Of a stretch of 64,000 bases of DNA, positions 28,777-43,793 are shown piece after piece. The DNA is taken from positions 83,018,001 to 83,082,000 of the forward strand of contig OX597818.1 of assembly GCA_951406725.2 (NCBI GenBank), given 5' to 3'. The notes under the pieces were generated by a model, which saw only the letters and a list, made by a program, of their open reading frames with translations, was not told the origin of the DNA and made no database searches. How positions within the stretch are numbered: position 1 is the first letter of the stretch; each line of letters starts with the position of its first letter. The DNA is from Octopus vulgaris. Its lineage: Eukaryota. Both the position numbers and the translations under genes were made by a program.

Positions 28777-29297
28777 GTGTGTGTGTGTGTGTGTCTGTTT
28801 GTGTTTTTGGAAATTGATATCCAATCAGTACTTCTCAATTACGAAAATTGTTTTTTTATTAATATTTTCATTATTTAATTCTGATCCGTGATATTTTCCA
28901 TGGATTCTTTTCCTTATTGACAGATCTCACAATTTTCTTAATTTCTCTGTTCACTATCTGCAAAATTATAAGATATATGGTGACGACAACAACAACTACG
29001 ACAACACGAAACATTGAAATAACGAAGTGAAACTTAAGTCAAATAACGATAGTATAATGGGGTATTACAATCATTTCTTTCAATAGGCCAACCGGATTAC
29101 TCATTAGCATCATAATCGTTAACTCTATTACCGTAATAACACCGCCGTCATTGCTGTCGTCACCGTTTATCTCGTAGACCCTGTTGCAATCCTCGGCGTC
29201 GTGGCCACCACAACTGCAAGCAGCCAACGCCAGCATCGTTGTCGTCGTCTAAGTTATGGCGATCATCATCAACAACAACAACATAGAATGATGATAA

Positions 29298-29480
29298 GGA
29301 TTTCAAAGTTTGGCACAGAGCCAGATGTTTTTGGGAAGAGGGGAATGATGAGTACATGGTATTAATTTTCACAACACCGATAGGATGAAAGGAAAAAGTC
29401 GACCTCAGCAGAATTTGAACTCAGAACATAAAGACGGACGAAAAGCCGCTAAGCATTTCGTCCAGCATGCTAACGATCTT
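29298..29480 (-). mobile_element. Group A SINE, partial
   Basis: gtcgacctcagcagaatttgaactcagaacataaagacggacgaaa core. Confidence 0.8.
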
Positions 29481-29499
29481 GAATAATAATAATCATAAC

Positions 29500-29588
<89 letters not shown>

Positions 29589-29654
29589 CGACGATTATGA
29601 TGATGATATTGATAGTGAATATAATAATAATGATGATGATGAGAATGATGATGA

Positions 29655-30300
29655 TACCAAGTGAAAAAAGGAGCAGTTCAGGATAAAGCGTTTAGAACAA
29701 ATATGTCTAAGCGGAGGCGGTGAGTGAGTATTAGAACAAATTATCGCAGAATGGCCTAAGTCGTCTCAGAAAGAAGCTTTGTCAGAAAAGGGGTTTTGAA
29801 GCTAGAAGTACGTGGTAGTATATATCATCGGGTTAAAAGAGTGCTTGAGTAGGAGAAATGTAATATTTTATGAGAATTTCCAATTCAAATGGATGAGAAG
29901 GAAGAAACTAATGATCCAGATTTAACCATAATATACTAGGAAGAGCGAAGTTGCTACTGATTATCCACTTGATTTAAGGATTGTAAGGAAAGAAGTCCAG
30001 CATTAAAACAATACAATCCCTTAATGTTTGAAATTGCGACCATTTGGAAAATGAAAATTGTAAAGGCTATGCCTGTAATAATAGGTCCGTTAAAGACGGT
30101 GAGTAATGATATAGACAAATGGTTGAAGAAGATCGTAGAACATCCATTGAAAGTTTGCTCTTAGGAAGAGAAAAGATTATCAGAACAACTTCGAACACTT
30201 CAAAGATTATTGAAGCTTGTTGATATCGAAGGTTACAAGTAGTAGCACGCTACCGACATATATTGTGCCATGAATAAGACCAAACCTAAGACAAATCGAA
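29655..30300 (+). mobile_element. Old R4/Dong-like non-LTR retrotransposon 3' fragment between (TAA)n tracts
   Basis: IFL*EFPIQMD..PDLTII..QYNPLMFEIATIWKMK..MPVIIGPLKTV parallels the restriction-like endonuclease region at 40378-40750. Confidence 0.7.
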
Positions 30301-30818
30301 TAATAATAATGATAACGGCTCTCATGCCTTCTGATCTTAACTAATTTGAAGTGTTATCCTGTACATGTTTTGTCTTGGTATAAAAGATGAACTATAGCAA
30401 ATATTCTGCTCAATACCATAGATTTGCTTGACAGTTGTTTTACCTTAACCAGTTGAGCATGTCCCTCCGTAGCTGCCGATATGTGCATCTCTGATCACGA
30501 GCAGAGGTAGTTGGGGAGCATCATAGCCATATGTTCAGAGGAATTTTCTGGGAACATGTGTGTTTCGTTCAACATCCTTAAACAGCCTTTATTCATGAAT
30601 CTTTTGAGTGGGATGGGCTACGCGACCTGCAAAAAATTCTAATTGGGCTACACTTACAAGGTTATGCACTGTTTATAATGATATGAGGTCCCCATGTTGC
30701 GTATATATGGTTGTGATGCATGTACCTGGTGTATCTTTATCAGACGGGTAGTCATGATGAGTATACTGGACTTCGTATATTTTACCAGTGACACTTTGAT
30801 GGCATGCAATGCTCTCTC

Positions 30819-32110
<1,292 letters not shown>

Positions 32111-32377
32111 TGCCGTGTATATTTTCCTATTTCATCGATAATAGGTTTTGGTGTAATGTTTCATATTCTCTATATCTTCTGTGAGTTTTGTAAAAAGAAA
32201 ATGCAATCAATTGATGCTATGTCGCATTAATATTGTGTGTGTCTATATAAACGAATTCCTTTAGTGTATGAAATGATGTATACAGGATTAGGATCATTAT
32301 TTATATGTATTTACATGCAACGCACTGTGTTTCATCATACACGCTCAGTAGATATATATAAATAGATACACACGCAC

Positions 32378-32451
<74 letters not shown>

Positions 32452-32506
32452 TGACATATACGTGTACATCTATTGGGATTTTTTGCCATAGATATTTATG
32501 TATATG

Positions 32507-32563
<57 letters not shown>

Positions 32564-32863
32564 GTATATATATATATACATAAAACTATCTATCTATCTA
32601 TCTGTCGGTCTATCTATATCTATCTATATGGGTATTTATAATTATTGGAGAGAACGCACCAGTGTATACATGCATGACTTGTATACACTCAAGCATGTAT
32701 GTAAATATTTGTAAGATGATTAGAGACACAACACAGACGTAAACATATTTGTGTATACATACACACACACACATATATGTATATGTATGTATATATATAT
32801 TTCTATATAAATGTGTATATATATATAATATATGGACATTCATGTCCATATATATTCATACAT

Positions 32864-32913
<50 letters not shown>

Positions 32914-33831
32914 ACACAAAGTATTAATTACGTATATGTATGTGTATATGTGTATTCCTATGATTAGTTACATTAATGGTGATATCGATAGTGGTATCAG
33001 TACTTATTTTTTCTTTAAGAAAGAACAGAATGAGTCCTGATGGAAGAACATACAATCTAATTAATGTTGGCTGCCCTTAAGGGAATTCATTCATACTATA
33101 AATGCACACACATGTAAACAAACGCATACGTACTTATACACATTGTATACAGACACACTCACAGCGGCATAACCGAATGCATTAATTTAATACCTTGACA
33201 TTGATGCTCCCTCATCTTGGTGTTGTTACATTTAATCATCTGCTTTCTACATTTGTGTTGCTGTCATTGTTGCTATGTTCCAGCTCCCATCAAGGGATTT
33301 GTAGCATTAGCAGGAGATGAAATCTTAACGTTTCCTCATGATACTTCAGAATTATTTTACATCAACCGGAGAATGTTATACTGTCAGTTATATTTGGGTT
33401 TGCCATTGCAATTTCCACTTTTTTATTCCCTTTCCTTATGCAGTTCCTGTTGTTTTTGTGAATTTTTTGTTACTTATATTTCCTTCTTTATATTTCATAG
33501 TGTCCCTGGGCAAGAGACTTCGCATATAGTTAAGAAGAAAACTGACCAAACATCTGACACTCCTATAAGGCTTTGTTTGTATTTTCAGATGCATATACGC
33601 ATATATATATATATATAAATATATATGTTTGTGTGTGTGTGTGCGTATATATATATATATATGTGTGTGTGTATGTGTGCGTGTGCGTGTCTCCCTATAT
33701 ATACATACAATTATGTATGTGTTTAAATATTTTACTCACGCGCACACATTTATTTATTTACTGATGGATATATATTCCTACATATAAATCATATATGTAT
33801 GTATGTATATATATATATATATATATATACA

Positions 33832-33862
<31 letters not shown>

Positions 33863-34581
33863 CACATATGAGAAAGATTACCTGATAGGTTGATTGATAG
33901 GGAAAGCGCGTACGCGCTTAAGAGGGATTTAATATCTAATTAATCTAGCTTAATATCTTTGAATAAATATATTTTCCTTATTTATCTGAACAGTTTCATA
34001 CTACTACCCTACATACCAACAACAACACCAAACGAAGCAATATATCGTATACGAAGTAATAATACTTTCTTAGTCGCTCGCCTGTTTGGAAATACCAGCC
34101 AAATCACACGTTATTGCTTTAATATCGAAGAAGGCATTTGGCTACGACAGGATAATCTCGACTTGAGTACCTTTCACCATACCTCTGCTGGTACAGCGAT
34201 GATTGCTGGGAAATAACAAGAGCAACGCCAACTCCTAAACTGCTCACAAGCGTGTTTCTCTATCTTCATTCTCTTCTGATGACCCCATACACTTGCTGGC
34301 TTCCGTTATGCGGATTTCTCGACTGGTAGCACTTGCACGTGCAAGTTGCTTGCTAGACATTGTTCATCAATAATAGGTTATATTGACATTAAAACGGTGT
34401 CTATTAAGAAATTTTACACTGGTTTAAACGATGTGGTACATAAATTTGTTTCCACATATATTTAGTTATGCAGATCCGCAGGAAAATCCGTTGACGTACA
34501 GTTCATCATATCCATTTTGTCTCGTATGAGGAGGATATTTCTTAACCTCAATGAGAAATTTTAGTGACAGTGAACTAAAAC

Positions 34582-34631
<50 letters not shown>

Positions 34632-36479
34632 CCATCATCACAGTAATAAAAACAATCGTTGCTGTCGGAGGCACGAGTCTCAGTCAGAGTTTCATGTAAC
34701 CGCTCATTCAAATTAACCGACATATTTGTGGAGTATAAAACTTTAAGACGCAGCGAGAGACATCCTAGAGTGAAAATAGAAGCTTTAGATTTTTGAAAAA
34801 TTTGAAAGGTGAAAAATACGAAGAGTGTGAAAGGGAACAGATAAACGAAACGATCCACAATGGCAAGAGTGAGATGAGAGCTATTTGTTCAGTATTTGAA
34901 AGCAACTGAAAGAAAAATTCCTGTATTAATTGACGTCACAGAAAATAGAACAGAAGTGAGTTTGGCTGATGGAAGAAAGGAAGAAATAATTAAATAAAGG
35001 AACATTAGACAAAATTACAACCGTATTCCTTAAACTTAAACATATATTCATCTTGACCTTCCAAATCTCCAAAACTCATGCATATACACACGCACACTTG
35101 TATATAAACATACTTACGTCACGCAATCTAATTATAAACATCAATATAAACATTACTCCTGTCACTTTTCAATTTAAGGAATAGAAATTTTGTCACTTAG
35201 ATTTATTCAAAAGATTTTAAATTGAAAAATTCAATGGAATGAATCGACCAGTGATATATATTCAATGCGGAGCTTGATTTAATATCACATCCTCTCTTTC
35301 CCAACTTCGCGTTAAATTTCCTTTTCCTATATCTTCCATTCTTAATCTCTGTATCCGTTTCTCACTCTCTCTCTCTCTCTCTGGATCTCTCTCTGCCTGG
35401 GGATCTCACTCTCTCCCTCTCTCTCGCTGAATGTGTTTGTGTGGTTTGTTATCTGCTTCTGTTGCTCAATCAAATTTTGTATCCCATTTTAAATGTATCG
35501 ATGCTGTTATCTAATAGATTTTCGTTTTATATTTTTATTTACAAATAGGAAGCTATGAAGAAGAAGCAGAATTCAAGAGAAACGTTACCATATTATGCGA
35601 GTTGACTGAATTAGAATGAAACCTTTGAATAATACTAAGCAGGAATTTGATCTTTAGAAATAGGACTTGAAATATTTACAAATAGATCTTAAAATGCCAC
35701 AATGCTAGATTTTTGTAGAGAAGGGGCTCTGCTGTCTGAATGGATATAAAAATCTCTTAAAATAATCTCCAGTGACTAATAAAGCGTAAGCCCTACCATC
35801 ACACATATATACCTCAATAAATTGAACAAATAACCTTCCAAACTTAATTCACTCTTCACCTCCTACTGCGTTCTTTCTTCCCGTCTCTACCCTGTAGATA
35901 TGACATAGTACACAGCACCTCACATGTTACCATCTTTCCCAAACGGTAATAACTAGAAGCAAATAAGCGGCACGTAACATCCTAAAGAAAACTGTTCGCA
36001 ATCAATCCAAACATACAGACTTGATAACAAAGCTTATGAAAAATTCACATAAATCAATGAAATAATCATGTCCTCGTTCATAATAATCCCGAGTAATATC
36101 AGTTGAAGAAAATTGTCGTGTCACGTCATCCGTTAAATAAAGTTCGTCAACGCTTTCATATATAACAATGATACACTAGAAAGTAACTGATTCAAGGCAA
36201 TATTATATATACATACTCCTGACCCAGCCAACCAATAATTAAGAAAGACGCAATAATATCTTGTCACACCTCCATTTTCTCATTAATTCCAACATAACTA
36301 AAATGCCCCAAGCTTATTAAATATAGATTTGCTCATTAATAACTTATACAAAAGTATTTTATAGAACTAAACTAAAACTGACTTAGAGCTGCAATATTAT
36401 TTTGAAGAAATTAATATAAAGTATAGCGATATACTTACTCATGTTATGCTCGCTAGCAGAAACAAAAATATATAAATTG

Positions 36480-36662
36480 AAAACTGGTGCCGGTTTGTTT
36501 TTGTCCCAGTACACTTAGCAATTTGACAATAGAAACCGATAGAATGAGTGCTAGATTTAAAATATGAATATTGAGGGTGATTTACTCGACTAAAACTCTT
36601 CAAGGTAGTGCTCCAGTATGGTTGCAATCAAATGCTCGAAACAGATAAAAAATAAAAGAAAG
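36480..36662 (+). mobile_element. Group C SINE 3' half
   Basis: accgatagaatgagt..cttcaaggtagtgctccagtatgg tail. Confidence 0.7.
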
Positions 36663-37199
36663 AAGTTATACTATTAGTCGGTCACACAAATCTGAAGCGA
36701 TTGCCAGCAAGAGGAGAGCCACAGCCATCGAACGTGGACGTTAAACGCAAACATTTTGTGGGTATGATTCATGGTGAATTTAAATAAATGAAATTCAACC
36801 ATTCTACTACTTCTATAAATAGAGAAAAACGTTATGCAAAAGACTATCTCGTTACGTTTGGATTCTGAAAGAATGTACAACGGTAATCAACATTATGTAG
36901 ATTCTTCGAAAAGTAAATTATGCAGAAATGAAATAAATCTGGTTCGCTTCTATAACAACTTAATATTCAGAAACTTCAATAACTCGAAATTGCAACTACT
37001 TAAATATCCGGACGGGTATATTGGTTAGTACGGTTCGTTCGATAACTATTTTCGGAAACGATGCAAGATTGTGATGACCAAATGGAAGAGTGTAATACCA
37101 GACTATTTACTAGAATCCTATGTACTCTCTCTTTCTCTCTCCCTGAACATACACACACACTCATTCTTTACAGATACACACATACACATACATACACAC

Positions 37200-37365
37200 A
37201 CAGGCGCTGAATTGTCAGTTTGGTAAGAAGTTTGCTCCCTAACCAAATGCATCTGGATTCAACCCAACTATGTACAACCGCGATTAAACGTCTTCTACAT
37301 GAATCTCAGGACGACCCACTTCTGAGTGGATCTGATAGATGGAAAGTGAAATAAGTCAGTCGTAT
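37200..37365 (+). mobile_element. Group C SINE 5' half, degraded
   Basis: ggtaagaagtttgctccctaacc..gtcttctac..gagtggatctgatagatggaaagtgaa. Confidence 0.65.
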
Positions 37366-37892
37366 ATTAGAGATATACATATGTGTAATATATTTTATAG
37401 ACAGGAAACACTAAATATTTCACATCGTATTTTATGCTTTCTAAAATATCCTACGCCTACGAAATTTTTTCTGTGTCAAAGATAAAAGAGAATTAGAAAA
37501 CAAAATATGAATACAAAAGATAAAAATACTTTCTCTTAATTTCTAAAGTGATTAGAAATCAATTTTGTGCACCTTCCTTTCCTAAAATCAATTCCTAGAC
37601 CATATCGTATTTCACGAAGTGTCGAACAAACAGTTAGAAAGTGCTATATGAAGAAACCTCAATTTTTCTATCTGTCCCAATTCCTCTCGTGCCCATGCTT
37701 ATTTACGTCCATAAAATAATGTAGATAAACAACTAAAATCTGAGAGACACCTGAAGCTGACCTGTATTTCGTAACCGTAGCTGACTGAATGATTGACCGA
37801 TCGATTAATGAAACAACCGATCAAATTAATCAAATCAATTAAACAGCAGATTTGTTATTTAGTGAAATAGTTGAGCAATTGACGAATAAATA

Positions 37893-38103
37893 ATGATTTC
37901 AAATTTTGGCAAGGACCAGCATTTTCGATGGGAGGGGAAGTCAAGTACATTGATCCCAGTACTTTACTAGTGCTTATTTTGTCAAGCTCGAAAGAAGGAG
38001 GCAAAGTCGACTTCAGCTGCATTTGAACTCGGAGAGTAAAGCCGAACGAAATGCCTCTAATTATTTCACCTACCGGTGAAACAATCCTGCCACTTCACTA
38101 CCT
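37893..38103 (-). mobile_element. Group A SINE with TSD
   Basis: Core ggcaaagtcgacttcagctgcatttgaactc; flanks attgacgaataaata / attgacaaatatata. Confidence 0.75.
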
Positions 38104-38619
38104 TTATTGACAAATATATATTTAAAAAAATGAAGGAACCAACTCATTCATTTTTGAGAGAATTACCCTCCCTACATAAAAAAAAACATAAATAAAATGA
38201 AAATGTTCAAGTATACCTCCAAGTCTCACCTGAACAAGATATCAAATGGCCTTTCTTGGTAGGTCCACAAAGGAATTTGACGAATAATAATGTTTGGATG
38301 TAAATTTTAGTGAAGGTTTTACGTCATGTGAAAACGTAGAGTCAGTAGTTCAAGACAATATTTTATTGGATGGAGAAGACAAGAGAAGAAGACAAAAATA
38401 GTTTGAAAGAGAGAATGGGTCGTAGCAAGAGAATGGCCGGTGATCTGTCATGGCAGTTAAAAGGTGAAGAAAGGTGGAAAGCAAGACAGATACGAAAAAA
38501 GGAAATTTTACCTTACGAAAGTAGGAAATATAAAAAAAGACGTAACTGAACCATAAATAGAATTTGAATGCATTTCATATTGTTATCAAGGTTTTTATCA
38601 CAGTTTAGTCTTTGAACGC

Positions 38620-38691
<72 letters not shown>

Positions 38692-38860
38692 CTGTGTGTA
38701 TTTGTGTGCGTGCGTGTGTGATAAAGTATATGTGCAAATATGCCCTTGTCTGAGTGTGTATAGCGAGACTAACGACGCTGTTTCGTTGACAATGAAAATG
38801 ATCGTAGCCATCGATGTCGTTCACTAAATTGGTAGTCGTTTGGAGTGACTATTGTGGAGA

Positions 38861-38913
<53 letters not shown>

Positions 38914-39254
38914 TATGTGTGTGTGTATCTGTATGTATTTTTAATAAGAGGAAATATATTACAGATGTAAGTATATATTTGCTTGTGACTGTGTGTGTGT
39001 ATAAGTGATTGCGTCTGTGCAAAATGCTATGTGTGTGTTGTGTGCTTGTTCGAACGGACAAAACCAAGTTATGGCGGCTATAACGTCTCTGGTAATATCG
39101 TTGTTATGACATGTTATTCACAATAAATATATCAATTTTATAAAAGTATCAATGAACTTTGACAGGAACCTCTTGTTTGATAGTTAGTAGAAATATTGTG
39201 GTTTTGTAGATCAGTGTCCTATGGAAGTGCGTGTCAATCAATCAATCGATCAAC

Positions 39255-39270
39255 TAATCTATCTATCTAC

Positions 39271-39350
<80 letters not shown>

Positions 39351-39644
39351 ATCTCTCTCTCTCTGTCTGTGATTTTGTCTGTCTATCAGTCTATCTACCT
39401 ATCTATTTTCCTTCTATCTGATTGTCTTTCATTCTATCTACGTATCTATCTCTCAACCTGCCTGCATACCTTCCTACCTACCTACCTACCTACCTACCTA
39501 CCTACCTACCTACCTACCTACCTACCTACCTACCTACCTACCTACATACATACCTACCTACCTACCTACCTACCTACCTACCTACCTACCTACCTACCTA
39601 CTTACTTTCCTACCTTCCTATCTATCTATCTATCTATCTATCTA

Positions 39645-39723
<79 letters not shown>

Positions 39724-39745
39724 GTTTGTCTGTCTGTCTATCTGT
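39255..39745. repeat. (TATC)n/(CCTA)n tetranucleotide block
   Basis: Directly visible. Confidence 0.95.
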
Positions 39746-40091
39746 GCTAATATCTACAAATATCAGTGACAAAATATATCTATATATCTACGTGACAAAA
39801 TATCTATCTATATGTCTAATACTATGTATATGTTTATAAATATATAAATCCTACGCTCCTACAATTCTTATAATTCCTGTTGTGTTACTCGGATTTTCAT
39901 TAGATACACGTTTTGTCTACAAACAAATGTATTTTTTTAATGTGAAAATTTGAGAGTTCTAAAAATTGCCAAGATGACGTTATAACATATCGATTTTATT
40001 TTTTAAAACATCTCACATCGCTTTGTCGCCTTTACTCCATTTTTGTTTTGTCTGGAGGTGTCATTTCCCAACCTAGATCTCGCTTACTACA

Positions 40092-40175
<84 letters not shown>

Positions 40176-40209
40176 GTTATTGTTATTATTATTATTATTA
40201 TTATTGTTA

Positions 40210-40280
<71 letters not shown>

Positions 40281-40283
<3 letters not shown>

Positions 40284-40970
40284 TAGTTTTATTTTTATAG
40301 CGTGCTTTCACTTCACTACCGAGCGCAGCTCTGTGTGCCTTGGGTATGTGCTGTGATTTGTTGTGATGCTCTGATGGTTATTGTATGGAAAGTGTTCTGC
40401 GTAGGATGTGTACAGTGCCTAGTAGTGCAATTTTCTGTATGTTATATGTGTTTGTAAGTCCTGGTGTTTTTGTTATGTATTTGTTTGAATATTTTTTTAT
40501 CATGCCTAATGCACCTACTATGATAGGAATTGTTTCTGTTTTCAGGTTCCACATTCTAGTTACCTCTATTTCCAGGTCTTTGTATTTTGAGAGTTTCTCC
40601 ATTTCTTTTAGAGACACGTTGTCATCTGCCGGTATTGATACATCAATTAGAAAGCATTTTTTTCTTCATAATCTCTGACAACTATATCTGGTCTGTTGGC
40701 CTTAATTTCTCTATCTGTGTGTATCGGCATATCCCAGAGTATGGTTGCTTTCTCGTTTTCTGTGACCTTTTCTGGTGTGTGCCTATACCATCTTTTTTCT
40801 GTTGTTATTCCATAATGTTGGCATAGCTTCCAATGTATGTAGGTTCCAACTCTGTCATGTCTGTGAATATATTCCTTCTTAGCCAGGACTGGGCAGCTAG
40901 AGATATGATTTATTGTTTCTTGTCCATCTCCACATATTCTGCAGTTACTTGTAATATTTCTTTTCATTAC
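40281..40970 (-). mobile_element. 5'-truncated R4/Dong-like non-LTR retrotransposon (CCHC knuckle plus restriction-like endonuclease plus 3' UTR)
   Basis: CRICGDGQETINHISSCPVLAKKEYIHRHDRV..ILWDMPIHTDREIKANRPDIVV, then after a frameshift CFLIDVSIP..EKLSKYKDL..IPIIVGALG; embedded in (TAA)n on both sides. Confidence 0.9.
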
Positions 40971-40992
40971 ATTATTATTATTATTATTATTA

Positions 40993-41055
<63 letters not shown>

Positions 41056-41058
41056 TTA

Positions 41059-41091
<33 letters not shown>

Positions 41092-41138
41092 TTGTTGTTG
41101 TTGTTGTTGCTGTTTTTTATATTATTACCATTGAAAAA

Positions 41139-41237
<99 letters not shown>

Positions 41238-41258
41238 AACAACAACAACAACAATAAT

Positions 41259-42137
41259 GTGTTAGGTGATTTGAAGTGTACCATCGAAAGCCTGATCATT
41301 GCTTCACAAGACCAGGCTCTCGCTACCAATTCAGTGAAGTATAACATCTATAAAACTTCTGGCACCCAGAAATGCAGACTCTGTAGAAGCAGTATGGACA
41401 ATGTGACCCACTTGGTAAATGGATGTGAGAGCCTTGCACAAAATGAATACAAGCGCCGCCGTAATAAATTGTGTATCTTCATTGGCTCTTAGTCAGTAAA
41501 TACCAATATGTAGAAACATAGAATTGGTATGAGCATTCACTTTTCGGGGTCGATAAATTAAATACCAGTTACGCACTGGGGTCGATGTAATCGACTTAAT
41601 ACCTATGTCTGTCCCCTCTGTGTTTAGCTCCTTGTGGGTAATAAAGAAATAGGTATGAGCATGCACCAAGTAAAGTTATGCAGGAGGATGGAAAAGAAAG
41701 GATAATCTGGACTATGATTTGCAGACAATCGTGTAATCGAACACCATCGGCCTGATATTGTCATATTTAATAAGAGAGACACATAATGACAGATCATTGA
41801 TGTAACCATAACAAATGACATGAATGTTGGGAGTTAAATGCTAAAAAACTCACCACGTACACCGAATTAAAAGTAGAAATGGCAAGATTGTATGGAATGT
41901 GAAAGGGTAATGTAAAAGTGACACCACTGGTGATAGGAGGTGTTGGGATCAATCCCATTGAAACTTCAAAACTTCTTAAGACAACTGGAAATCCCATGCA
42001 AGATTATCTTGCAAAAAGCGATCTTATTGGTTACAGTGCACATTTTAAGGAAAGTATTATCTGTCTGCAGTCCTTGTTGTGACTTGACAGATGACTAAAA
42101 GACTCTTGTGCATTTTTACCTACACTGAGTTACTAAG
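41259..42137 (+). mobile_element. Second 5'-truncated R4/Dong-like element, more decayed, interrupted by a SINE
   Basis: ESLIIASQDQAL..KCRLC..NVTHLVNGCESLAQNEYKRRRN, then IEHHRPDIV..IIDVT; ends in (TAA)n. Confidence 0.85.
41537..41651 (+). mobile_element. 5'-truncated group A SINE with 11-bp TSD ggtatgagcat
   Basis: TSD at 41526-41536 and 41652-41662; core and tail A. Confidence 0.85.
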
Positions 42138-42142
42138 TAATG

Positions 42143-42214
<72 letters not shown>

Positions 42215-42625
42215 GCAACAAAAACGACATCGACGACGAGGTTGATCATGAGGATGATGATGATGTTATTTGTGTGTGGAAGCGAAGAACACGCTTGTTC
42301 GTGGCTCATAAGTCTTGTTTAAAACTGAGACTGAATTCTGAGATTTCAAATTACAAATTTAATATTTCAAAATAAAAAAATAAAAAATATATTTTCCCAA
42401 ATCGAGGAAAGCGAAGGTTGCTGGAACAACCGCTATATTGTTTTCCCAACGCTAGTTGATTTGGTCGGGAAACGAATCACAGACAGCAGAAGCAACGCCA
42501 CCAACAAAACCATCAACCGTAAAGTTAGCAATAACAATCAAAGCAGCAGCAGCAGCGGCGATGAGCAAGATATATTTTATATCTAAAGTGACGCAAGCAC
42601 GACGTCCACCATCGTCCCCACACCG

Positions 42626-43019
42626 CCACCATTGCTAATACCGTCACCATCACCATAAACATTAACAATGTCAAAAGCGACTATTCTTTTTTCTAAATAA
42701 AATGGTAACTCTTTCGCACAAGTCAGTCGCAAAAGGTTAAATGTTATCAAAATAAAGAAGCGAGTCACGCAAAGCTGCACTTAACAGAAATACCGTCAAA
42801 TCCTCCAGCTTTCTACGACGTTATTGGACGACTTAGAACTGCCTCTCTAGATGTCAAGCTGCAGGCACACTGACTTTTCTCCCTTAATTTTTGCTCCTGT
42901 CACCGCCTCGTATACTTTCAGAAGTGCCCACCAACTAATACCATCACCACCACCATAAACATTAACAAAATCTCAACAGCGACCGTTCTTTTTTGGATAC
43001 AAAGTGGAAACTTCTTCGC
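42626..43019. repeat. Old direct duplication of ~90 bp at ~300-bp spacing
   Basis: ctaatacc.tcacca.caccataaacattaacaa..agcgac..ttcttttt at about 42634 and about 42935. Confidence 0.75.
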
Positions 43020-43020
43020 T

Positions 43021-43793
43021 ATACGTTAATTGCGAAATCACAGGTGATCTGGAACTAAATTCGTTTTCTAAATGTCTTGCTTTGAGAAATGCATTCGGTA
43101 AGATCCGTTTATGCTTGGTAGTATTGACCTTGAAGGTCCCTCCTAGCGTGTGGCATTAATGTGTAATAATGCCCTCTATATAATATAAATAAATATTTTC
43201 AAGTGAAAAAGTTCTCAGATGTTTTCTCTTATGAGGTTTTTCACGCTAACTACCTGTTAATTTCTTGTTAAGATTTCTTTTCAAGATTTTATCCTTAATT
43301 GTTAAATTTGTTCCGATGAAACACGTTTCTCACCGAAATGCATTTCGAAAAAGCCAGCCATTTACATAAATATATGATGAATTAACATTTCCACGTGCTA
43401 CGATGGACTCAACGGTTGTCTGTTTGGTTCCGCCCGGTAGGTCGCTTTTGTTTATTTATGATATGTTTTGAATATGTTTCACTGATGAACAAAAGACGTA
43501 GATGATACGTTAATTGCGAAAACACAGGTGATCTGGAACTAAATTAATTTTGTAAATGTCTTGCTTTGAGAAATGCATTCGGTAAGATCCGTTTATGTTT
43601 GGTAGTATTGACCTTGAATGTCCCTCCTAGCGTGTGGCATTAATGTGTAATAATGCCCTCTATATAATATAAATAAATATTTTCAAGTGAAAAAGTTTTC
43701 AGATTTTTTCTCTTATGAGGTTTTTCACGCTAACTACCTGATAATTTTTTGTTAAGATTTCTTTTCAACATTTTATCTTTAATTGTTAAATTT
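43021..43793 (+). mobile_element. Non-coding partial-tandem element (289-bp direct repeats, period 484 bp) with a hammerhead ribozyme; retrozyme-like or Penelope pLTR-like
   Basis: 43021-43309 vs 43505-43793 differ by about 12 substitutions counted by eye; ends at a TA-rich tract. Confidence 0.8.
43476..43539 (+). ncRNA. Type-I hammerhead ribozyme, intact catalytic core, predicted cleavage after C43533
   Basis: gtttca CTGATGA a-caa..acgta gatga tacgt..ttg-c GAAA acac ag gtga TC tggaac; helix I gtttca/tggaac. The upstream half-copy has the perfect helix III tcac/gtga with its site at C43049. Confidence 0.8.

Noticed and set aside
34331-34346. Perfect 16-bp palindrome acttgcacgtgcaagt with an E-box core
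   Set aside because: About one such palindrome is expected by chance in 64 kb; no supporting context.
34931-34938. CRE-like TGACGTCA
   Set aside because: An isolated 8-mer with no identified gene or promoter.
38225-38310. Strong minus-strand donor CAG|GTGAG suggesting an exon
   Set aside because: No suitable acceptor within an open frame and no recognisable peptide.
43305-43350. Second hammerhead-like string CCGATGA..GAAA tgca TT within the 484-bp unit
   Set aside because: Core mismatch and no helix I or II pairing; revisit only with a consensus.
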